From positions 480,001 to 544,000 of the forward strand of contig CP186953.1 in NCBI GenBank assembly GCA_049570475.1: DNA of 64,000 nucleotides, read 5' to 3'. The translations under genes and the position numbers were made by a program. The notes under the pieces were generated by a model, which was not told where the DNA came from, did no database searches, and was given only the letters and a program-made list of their open reading frames with translations. Below are positions 57,079 to 64,000 of the stretch, piece after piece; within the stretch, counting starts at the first letter, position 1, and each line of letters begins with the position of its first letter. The DNA is from Candidatus Methanosuratincola verstraetei (GTDB lineage Archaea > Thermoproteota > Methanomethylicia > Methanomethylicales > Methanomethylicaceae).

Positions 57079-58433
57079 TCAAGATCACCCATTGCGGCCT
57101 TTACGAGCGCCACCGCTCGATCAGCAAGCTCTTTTGCAACAGACCTTTCCTGGGACTCAGAGGTTACCCTGACGAGGGGCTCGGTCCCCGAGGGTCGGAT
57201 TAGCACCCAAGAACGGTCAGCCAAACTGACCCTCACGCCGTCAACCTCATCCAATTCGACGCCGCTGAGCCACCCTAGCGCTCTGGAGGAGACAGCCCGC
57301 ATCAGCGCTTCCTTTTTGATGCTCTGGCATGGCACAGACCTCCGCTCCGTGTGGAAGGCTGGGACTCCTTCGCAAACCTCGGATGGACGGAGGTGCGACT
57401 CCTCAAGCATCGAAAGGAAGATAATCGAGGAGAGGACTCCATCGGGGCAGAGGGACTCCTCAGGGAAGATCCATGCCCCGCAAGTCTCCCCGCCGAATGA
57501 CCCCCCAAGGTCGATGAGGGCCTCAAGAACATAGACATCGCCAACAGGAGCCCGGTGGATCCTCCCCCCTGCGGCTTCAACCATGAAATCGACTACTGAC
57601 GAGGTATCAACATTTACTACGATGTCCTTCTTTCCGCCCTTGACCATCTCCGAGGCAACGAATGCCAACGCCAAATCCTGCTTCAAGAAACGGCCATGCT
57701 CGTCCACAACCGCGAACCTGTCTCCGTCGCCGTCATATGCGAACCCCACATCCAGTCCTTTGGACTTGACCAGCTCCGAGAGGGACGAGAGCGAGGACTC
57801 GTTCGGCTCAGAACCCCTCCCCTTGAATAGAGGATCCGGGTGCGAGTTCACAACCTCCAGGTCGCACCCTGCTGACTCGAACGCCAGCGGCGCCGTCAGG
57901 CATGTCGACCCATTCCCGGGATCCAGCCCAACTCGCCAAACATCTCGGAATTCCCTCCTGGATGAGAGCCATTCCAGATATCTGTGGAGGCCGGCTCCAT
58001 GCCTCGAGGACCCGACCGAATCCCACCTACTGCACGCCATATTGCCCCTCAAGCAATTCACCAGCGATCGATAGTCGGAAGGCTTCCAGGAGGCGCCCCT
58101 GCCGTCGAAGATCTTCGCCCCGTTGTACTGCGGGGGGTTGTGGCTTGCAGTGATCATCACTCCGCCAGCCAGTCCTCTGGATAGGAAGGCGAGCGCCGGC
58201 GTCGGCATTAGTCCATATGAGACGGTATGCGATCCGCCAGCGTTCAGCCCGCATCGGAATGCGTCAGCCAGGAGGGGCGAGGTCGACCTAACATCGTATG
58301 CGACAGCGTATGTGCCTGGCTTCATTAATGAGGACGCCAAACCGCACTTGAAAAAGAGGTCTGGCGTCACCTCTTCCATTGCGATGCCCCTCAACCCGGA
58401 GCTGCTGATCAAATGATCCATTTTTGACATCAA
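57075..58433 (-). CDS. glmM: Phosphoglucosamine mutase / phosphohexomutase
   Basis: ITASHNP, DGDGDR, RPSGTEP. Confidence 0.85.
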   Translation of the reverse strand: MMSKMDHLISSSGLRGIAMEEVTPDLFFKCGLASSLMKPGTYAVAYDVRSTSPLLADAFRCGLNAGGSHTVSYGLMPTPALAFLSRGLAGGVMITASHNPPQYNGAKIFDGRGASWKPSDYRSLVNCLRGNMACSRWDSVGSSRHGAGLHRYLEWLSSRREFRDVWRVGLDPGNGSTCLTAPLAFESAGCDLEVVNSHPDPLFKGRGSEPNESSLSSLSELVKSKGLDVGFAYDGDGDRFAVVDEHGRFLKQDLALAFVASEMVKGGKKDIVVNVDTSSVVDFMVEAAGGRIHRAPVGDVYVLEALIDLGGSFGGETCGAWIFPEESLCPDGVLSSIIFLSMLEESHLRPSEVCEGVPAFHTERRSVPCQSIKKEALMRAVSSRALGWLSGVELDEVDGVRVSLADRSWVLIRPSGTEPLVRVTSESQERSVAKELADRAVALVKAAMGDLE

Positions 58434-58466
58434 AAGAGAATTGGGGGGAGGTAATAAAATAGGTTT

Positions 58467-59099
58467 TTACTGGGGCGGCTGTGCCTCAGGCTGCGGAGCT
58501 GGCTGGACAGGGGACCCTGCCTCAACGAGCTCGCTCTTCCTTACTTCGATCTTCCTCAAGGGATAGACCGACTTCGCTGCATTGTAGATCTCTGAGGCGA
58601 TCTTGCCTAGCACCAGCTGCTGCGCAAGCTCGTCGTAGAGCAGTTGCGAGCTCTTCTTGTTGACGGTGTCCTCCATCAGGTGGCGTATCATCCGCTTCTG
58701 CGAGCTCTTTGTCCTCACGGCCGAGAGTGCGATGATGCCGACACGGACCTTGTAGCCGTCCTTCGTGACCATGTTGAATATCCCGTCTATCCTGGATCCT
58801 CCTCTCCTCACTAGGCTCCTCAGGTAGTCCCTCGCAAGGTCATGGCCTATGAACATCGTGTATGCCTTATCGCCCTCAACCTTGGTGATCCTGAAGTGCA
58901 GCTTGACGTGCAGAAGCGAAAAGTCCTCGGTTATGTTGTAAAGAGTGGTCTCCAATACGCGACCTACCAGCTTCTGCGGATCATCAGCGAGAGTTTTTCC
59001 GATCTCGACATTACCGAAAGCGGCAGGTGCGTACACATTATACCACTTCTTCTGCCGCCACTTATCCTTCAATTTAACCGGTGCTTTCGTTTCGGACAT
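58467..59099 (-). CDS. rps3ae: 30S ribosomal protein S3Ae
   Basis: DKWRQKKWY, DYLRSLVRRG, YPLRKIEVRK. Confidence 0.96.
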   Translation of the reverse strand: MSETKAPVKLKDKWRQKKWYNVYAPAAFGNVEIGKTLADDPQKLVGRVLETTLYNITEDFSLLHVKLHFRITKVEGDKAYTMFIGHDLARDYLRSLVRRGGSRIDGIFNMVTKDGYKVRVGIIALSAVRTKSSQKRMIRHLMEDTVNKKSSQLLYDELAQQLVLGKIASEIYNAAKSVYPLRKIEVRKSELVEAGSPVQPAPQPEAQPPQ

Positions 59100-59161
59100 G
59101 ATCTCACCGCAGTATCAGGTGAGAAAAGAAGAAGATCAATATAAACTTGTTTTCAGGCATT

Positions 59162-59419
59162 TTACGCAGATTTTTTCCCCAGCGAGGCTATCGCGCGCTC
59201 TGCAGTTTGAATGCAGAAGAGCAGGTCGTCGACCGTCCGCAGGAAGGACTGCAAGTCGCTGGACGAGGAGATCCTGACTGTCAATTTTCCGCCTGAAGTG
59301 GAGATCTCTATCTCTGTCCCGGCAGGTGCGCCCTTGTTGTCTGGGGAGACCGCGCGCATGACAGTCTCTGCAGCTTCATGGCTACCGTAGACCCTCTCGA
59401 TCAGGATCTCCGACCTCAA
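59162..59419 (-). CDS. Pcc1-like KEOPS paralog (probable Pcc2)
   Basis: AVSPDN, FLRTVDDLL; recJ-x-rps3ae synteny. Confidence 0.8.
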   Translation of the reverse strand: MRSEILIERVYGSHEAAETVMRAVSPDNKGAPAGTEIEISTSGGKLTVRISSSSDLQSFLRTVDDLLFCIQTAERAIASLGKKSA

Positions 59420-60882
59420 AGCTTGACGCCCCCTATCATCTTTGCAATTATCTTGTCCACTAACGTTAAAAATGCCTCCTCCTTGCCGACAGGGATCTGC
59501 CCGCCGGCTGCGATATTGTGCCCTCCCCCTGCCCCTCCCACCTGCTCGGAGGCTTCCCTTATCGCGGATCCGAGATTGAGCCCCCTCCGCACCAGATCAG
59601 TTGTCCCTCTTGCAGAGACCTTGACGACCCCCTCTGCGTTCGAGAGGCCAAAAATTGGCTTGCTCCTCGTGAAAGGTTTCATGGAAAATGCGATCGAGAC
59701 TATTGTCCCGATCATCCGGTCATCAATATTGCTCCCCGCAAGAATCACCTGTATGCTGTTCATCACTCTTAGGGACGACGGGTTGTTTTCGAGCCACCTG
59801 AGGTAGCCCGAGATCTTCTTCCTGTACTCGGTGAGAAGCTCCCTGAGCTCCGTGAGGGCGCCTGCCCGGTCCCCAAGGCATAGCGCCACACCCAGGCCAT
59901 ATTTCCCAAGGCGCCCGCAAGCATTGACCGATGAGGCATACTCCCTGGCGTCCCTCATTGGGGAGTCTGCAGCCTCGGATTTTATAGTATACAGGACGCC
60001 CACGACGCTTTCGGCATCCTGGCTCGAGAGCCCTTGGGAGATAAGGTATTTTATCAGAGCGCTTGTGACCTGCCGGATCTCCTCATTAGACAGATCCGAG
60101 ATGGATCTCCAGCTGCCGTCCTGCTTTCGGGGCTCGATCCCTGCATTCTTCAGGAACTTGAAGCAGGCCCCCTCGTCCCCGCTCAGCCCGGGCAGATAGG
60201 GGTTGAGCGTGTATTCCATAGACTTGACGAGAGGCCTTGACTCGAAGCCATATAGCTTTAGACCCTTCGAAACTGCGATTAGCCCAGATCTCTGGGCATC
60301 CTCCGCTATTGAGGCGTTGAGTCCTATCAAAGATCCGCGATCTCCCTTGTCCTGCATGTCCCCGAGTGCCCCAACAATCGCCAATGGCGCAAGCGAGGCA
60401 TTCTCAGAAGACATCTTCTTGGCAACCAGGAAAGCAGTGCCAGATGCGGATATCTCATTCGACCCGTCAAAGCCAAATAAGTGGGGATTGATCTCCATTA
60501 TGCCGCCAACCGCCCCCGAATCATTGCCTTCCTTAGGAGTGGGCTGGTGGTGGTCGATGATGAAGATGCGCCTCTCGTATGAGCCGAGCCTCTCGAGCAG
60601 CTTCCTCTGTCCACTGCCCATGTCGGTGAATATGACGTTTTTGGCCTTGATCGGGAGGATCTCGGAAATCGCAGCCTCGTCCAGCTGCTTGACCACCCTT
60701 ATGTGGGGGGCGGCCCCAGACCTCAAAAGTGCAGAGGCGATAATGCTTCCGGAGGTTATCCCGTCAGCGTCGAGGTGGCACACCACAAGGACGGGCTCTC
60801 CGGCTGGGATCGAAGAAATCTCCCCTGCAATCTCGAGAGACCTCTGTTCCAGCCCTTTTAGGTCCTTATGGAGGGACAGCAA
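59416..60882 (-). CDS. RecJ/Cdc45-like DHH nuclease
   Basis: HLDADG, TDMGSG, DHH, GALGDMQD, GGGHNIAAG. Confidence 0.9.
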   Translation of the reverse strand: MLSLHKDLKGLEQRSLEIAGEISSIPAGEPVLVVCHLDADGITSGSIIASALLRSGAAPHIRVVKQLDEAAISEILPIKAKNVIFTDMGSGQRKLLERLGSYERRIFIIDHHQPTPKEGNDSGAVGGIMEINPHLFGFDGSNEISASGTAFLVAKKMSSENASLAPLAIVGALGDMQDKGDRGSLIGLNASIAEDAQRSGLIAVSKGLKLYGFESRPLVKSMEYTLNPYLPGLSGDEGACFKFLKNAGIEPRKQDGSWRSISDLSNEEIRQVTSALIKYLISQGLSSQDAESVVGVLYTIKSEAADSPMRDAREYASSVNACGRLGKYGLGVALCLGDRAGALTELRELLTEYRKKISGYLRWLENNPSSLRVMNSIQVILAGSNIDDRMIGTIVSIAFSMKPFTRSKPIFGLSNAEGVVKVSARGTTDLVRRGLNLGSAIREASEQVGGAGGGHNIAAGGQIPVGKEEAFLTLVDKIIAKMIGGVKL

Positions 60883-60902
60883 GCTCCCCCCGAGTCATGC
60901 GC

Positions 60903-61352
60903 CTAACGGACCAGTATCGAGGCCTTTTCAGGAGAGTACTTCCAGTCCTTGGGAAGGCGCCCAGTCGCAGTATAGTACTTCGTGAGCCGCCTTATCTTGG
61001 ACTCGAGCAGCTGCAGACCCCTCTTCGAGCTCATGTCCTTTGGCTGCTCCTCCAGATGGCGCCTTATGGCAGCAGAATGCTTCATGAGATTGAAGAGGTC
61101 TTCTGGGATCTCCGGCGCCGCTCCCCTGGATCTCAGGATCGCGAGTACCTTCTTGTTGGTTATATGTTTGGCGAGCGGGATACCATACTGATCCCTCAAT
61201 TGTACCCCTATCTGCGAAGGCGAAAGGCCCTTCTTCGCCATCTCCTGGACTAGCGACTCAACTTCCTCTGGAGAGGCCTTGACCCACTTGGGAGCGCCGC
61301 TCTCGATCGGTCTGATCGAGTGGGAACTGCCCTTAATCTTACTCTTCCTCAA
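60903..61352 (-). CDS. rps15: 30S ribosomal protein S15 (uS15)
   Basis: [30 protein letters not shown]. Confidence 0.96.
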   Translation of the reverse strand: MRKSKIKGSSHSIRPIESGAPKWVKASPEEVESLVQEMAKKGLSPSQIGVQLRDQYGIPLAKHITNKKVLAILRSRGAAPEIPEDLFNLMKHSAAIRRHLEEQPKDMSSKRGLQLLESKIRRLTKYYTATGRLPKDWKYSPEKASILVR

Positions 61353-61388
61353 TATGCCCACCTGAGCAATGCATAGAATAAAGAACAT

Positions 61389-61970
61389 TTATTTAAGCGT
61401 ATGCTCTCGACCCGAGCGGCTGATCCATTCCCCGAGTGCCCTGAATGCCCTTCCCCGGTGGGATACGGCCGACTTCTCGGACGGGCTCAGCTCCGAAAAA
61501 GTCCTTCCACCGCACCCCTCGCAGACGAATATGGGGTCGAATCCGAAGCCGCCGCTGCCCCTCGGCGACTCAGCGATTGATCCGTTGGCAACGCCTACGA
61601 ACGATCGCAGCGAGTCCCCGCCCGCATAGACAACGACGCACTCAAATCGGGCTGCCCGATTGCATTTGTCTTCCAAGAGGCGCAGAATCCCCCCGCAACC
61701 TATGGTCTTGTAGACGTACGAGGAGTATGGCCCTGGGAACCCGTTCAGCGATTCAACGAAAAGGCCAGAGTCCTCGACAACCAGGGGGGATCCAAGCGAT
61801 CGGTATGCAGCCTCAGCCGCGTATCTGGCTATCTCCTCAAGGGAGTCTGACTGGATCTCAATCTTCTGAGAAGGCGCAGGCTTCAGGAGGACCCCGAATT
61901 CTGAAAGGATGGAATTCGCCTCTGCCAACTTGTGGAGGTTTCCGGTGGCGAAATAGATCTCCAAACCCAT
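61389..61970 (-). CDS. dITP/XTP pyrophosphatase (Ham1/RdgB)
   Basis: FATGNLHK, EDSGL, FPGPYS, FGFDPIF, SHR. Confidence 0.95.
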   Translation of the reverse strand: MGLEIYFATGNLHKLAEANSILSEFGVLLKPAPSQKIEIQSDSLEEIARYAAEAAYRSLGSPLVVEDSGLFVESLNGFPGPYSSYVYKTIGCGGILRLLEDKCNRAARFECVVVYAGGDSLRSFVGVANGSIAESPRGSGGFGFDPIFVCEGCGGRTFSELSPSEKSAVSHRGRAFRALGEWISRSGREHTLK

Positions 61971-62615
61971 CTATGCCTCCTTCCTGTGGTTCACGTCGAC
62001 ATACCTGCCGCGCCTCCGGATCGCATCGACCCTCCTGAGAACAGGATCGGAGAGATCCCCCATGACGCCCCTATAGCCTTCTATGAACGAGAGGTATGCT
62101 TCCGAGGACACTTCATGGTGTGAGCTCTCCAGGGCCCGCCTCATGAGGTGTATGTCAACTCCTCTTGACTCGATATCTGAAGAATGCTCGCCGAGCCCGA
62201 AATCGATTAGGTAGAGAAGCCCCGAATATGGGATTATGTTCGAGGTCGTCAGATCCCCATGGACTATGCCGCCTCTATGGAGGCGCCCCACCATCTCGCC
62301 CACCCTTGAGAAGGTCAGAGCAAGCCCCTCGGGGTCCATGCCATCGACAAACCGCTTCAGCGGGGGAGCATCGATGTAGCTCATCACTATCTCGCAGTTC
62401 CTCTTGTCGACTGAGTACACAACGGGGGTTGGAACGCCCAGGCGGCGGGCTTCAGAGAGGAGCTTTGCCTCGTTGGAAGTCCTTGATCCCCTCACATAGG
62501 AGTCCAAGTCAGGGTTGCGGTAGCCCTTCTTTATCCTCCTCTTCAGGACGGCTTTCAGCCCCATCCAATCAGTGAGGTAGAGCTCGGCCTCCGCGCCCTT
62601 CTTGATCAGCCTCAT
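61971..62615 (-). CDS. bud32: KEOPS kinase/ATPase Bud32
   Basis: KGAEA, HGDLTTSN, IDFGL, C-terminal RRRGRY. Confidence 0.95.
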   Translation of the reverse strand: MRLIKKGAEAELYLTDWMGLKAVLKRRIKKGYRNPDLDSYVRGSRTSNEAKLLSEARRLGVPTPVVYSVDKRNCEIVMSYIDAPPLKRFVDGMDPEGLALTFSRVGEMVGRLHRGGIVHGDLTTSNIIPYSGLLYLIDFGLGEHSSDIESRGVDIHLMRRALESSHHEVSSEAYLSFIEGYRGVMGDLSDPVLRRVDAIRRRGRYVDVNHRKEA

Positions 62616-63604
62616 CTCCGCCAAGGAACCTCCACCTCGTCTAGCCTCCAGTTCGGATTCACGTAACTTGACTCTACGGGGACCGTCAGCCCCTCTTTCA
62701 ACGCAAGATAACCGGTCCAAGCGATCATGCCCCCGTTGTCGCCCGCGAGGTCTGGGGGGACCACATGGAATCTTGCGGAGTGATCGCTGCAGACGAATGA
62801 TAGTGCGCGCTGAAGCCTCTTGCTCCTCGCCACCCCGCCAGTGAGGAGGAGCGCGCCCTTCTCGGTGTGGGCGATTGCCCTTTCCGCTACCTCAGCCACC
62901 ATCCCGTAAGCAACTTCCAACAGGCTCAGGCTGAGATCCCCCATGTCGCACTTGCTCGCCAGCCTCGAAGCCATGGTCAAAAGCCCTGAGTAGGAAACAT
63001 CCTGCCCTTTGACCACGTATGGCAGCGGTATGAACTTCTTCCCCCCGTCGGCGAGCTGCTCGAGCTTCGGGACGCCCGGGTGGGGGAGCCCGAGGTGGCG
63101 CGCAAATGTATCGAGGCAGTTGCCCAAAGCAATGTCCAAAGTCTCGCCGAAAACGCGGTATCTCCCTCCAGCGTAAGCAGAGATTATCGTGTTGCCGCCT
63201 GAAACATAAACGACGAGGGGATCATCCTCGCAGGTCACTAGCCTGCCGATTTCGATGTGTGCTATGCAGTGGTTGACAGGCACCAGCGGGCACTTCCTGA
63301 CAAGAGAGAGCGTCCTGGCAACGGTCGCCCCGGTCCTGAGGCAGGGCCCTAGACCTGGACCTGCAGAGAAGGCCACAGCAGCGATGTCGTTAAGCCTCAG
63401 CCCCGCCTCTTTCAACGCGCCCGAGATCGTGGCGGCGGCTTTCGCCGCATGGTGCTGGCTCGCCTCCCTCGGATGAATCCCGCCCGAGGCCGGGACATAC
63501 TCGCTCTTGACATTCGACAGTATCTTCCCTTCCGAGGAGGCGATCCCGCAGCCAAAAGTGTGCGCAGTGGACTCGATGCCGAGTATGTACTGCACCGAGT
63601 TCAT
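62612..63604 (-). CDS. kae1: KEOPS t6A synthase Kae1
   Basis: GIESTAHT, HCIAH, SGGNT, GETLDIA, DNGGMIA. Confidence 0.96.
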   Translation of the reverse strand: MNSVQYILGIESTAHTFGCGIASSEGKILSNVKSEYVPASGGIHPREASQHHAAKAAATISGALKEAGLRLNDIAAVAFSAGPGLGPCLRTGATVARTLSLVRKCPLVPVNHCIAHIEIGRLVTCEDDPLVVYVSGGNTIISAYAGGRYRVFGETLDIALGNCLDTFARHLGLPHPGVPKLEQLADGGKKFIPLPYVVKGQDVSYSGLLTMASRLASKCDMGDLSLSLLEVAYGMVAEVAERAIAHTEKGALLLTGGVARSKRLQRALSFVCSDHSARFHVVPPDLAGDNGGMIAWTGYLALKEGLTVPVESSYVNPNWRLDEVEVPWRR

Positions 63605-63618
63605 AGCTCCAGCTGCCT

Positions 63619-63783
63619 TTAGGACTTGATGAATTCAGTGAAGCCGCAGAAGCCGCATGCCCACCGCTGGGATGGCTTCATGTGCTTTGCCATCATCCTG
63701 CCGCATCTGGAGCATTTCTTGTTCTTGGGCTTAACGGTACCAGCAGCGTAATCGACTTCATAGAGCTCGTGGGCTTTTACCAA
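63619..63783 (-). CDS. rps27ae: 30S ribosomal protein S27Ae, missed by ORF track
   Basis: 54 aa with KNKKCSRCG..MAKH...RWACGFCGFTEF. Confidence 0.93.
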   Translation of the reverse strand: MVKAHELYEVDYAAGTVKPKNKKCSRCGRMMAKHMKPSQRWACGFCGFTEFIKS

Positions 63784-63796
63784 ATCAGTCACCCCT

Positions 63797-64000
63797 TTAT
63801 GATGAAGCGCTCGCGGGAGCCGAGGCCTGTTTCCTCTCCTCTCTGGACAGGTTCCTCATCTGAATGTGCTTCGGTTCGATGGCTTTTCCCCTGGCAGCAT
63901 CGTCGTAGACATGGGCAGTGCAAGTGCAGACCTGCGAACCATACGAGGAGAGCACGTTCCTTATGTAGACGTTCTCGACCGGGACCTTGAGCGCCGATGC
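63797..64000 (-). CDS. rps24e: 30S ribosomal protein S24e, 3' part
   Basis: ...SSYGSQ...AHVYDD...IEPKHIQMRN; upstream of S27ae. Confidence 0.88.
   Translation of the reverse strand, partial: ASALKVPVENVYIRNVLSSYGSQVCTCTAHVYDDAARGKAIEPKHIQMRNLSREERKQASAPASASS

Noticed and set aside
1-64000. CRISPR array, IS element, provirus, defence system or pyrrolysine/selenocysteine recoding
   Set aside because: No repeat-spacer periodicity, transposase or integrase, and no conserved gene is interrupted by an in-frame TAG/TGA.

Overview
64 kb of core chromosome from a moderately GC-rich archaeon. Gene content and order are TACK-like; Ca. Methanomethylicia/Verstraetearchaeota is a plausible but unverified guess. 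The window is mostly information-processing genes: alba-nusA2-aspS, truD, pth2, EF-1beta, cdc48, fen1, trm5, leuS, alaS, the secE-spt5-L11-L1-P0-P1 operon, the S19e-PDCD5-L39e-L31e-eIF6-LX-prefoldin-ftsY operon, EF-2, the exosome/proteasome superoperon and the S24e-S27ae-kae1-bud32-ITPase-S15-recJ-pcc-S3ae cluster. It also has tRNA-Arg(CCT) and tRNA-Gly(CCC). I saw no CRISPR array, transposase, integrase or defence locus. Three small accessory patches interrupt conserved synteny: (i) an orphan receiver protein with a small partner and a radical SAM/SPASM gene near tRNA-Arg; (ii) permease, MenA-like prenyltransferase, thioredoxin, OtsB and a DEAD-box helicase between rpp21 and rps19e; (iii) a Re-citrate-synthase-like gene and a CBS gene inside the exosome superoperon. 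The best signals not shown by the ORF track are an unannotated dual-guide box C/D sRNA behind pop5, non-canonical start codons (FEN1 appears to require CTG), a 76-bp perfect repeat between the two CDC48 ATPase domains, and a candidate two-hairpin ncRNA between serA and ychF. The sRNA guides fit the 23S peptidyl-transferase centre, and its 3' two-hairpin extension could mask one guide. All family assignments are from motif recognition only; no searches were run.
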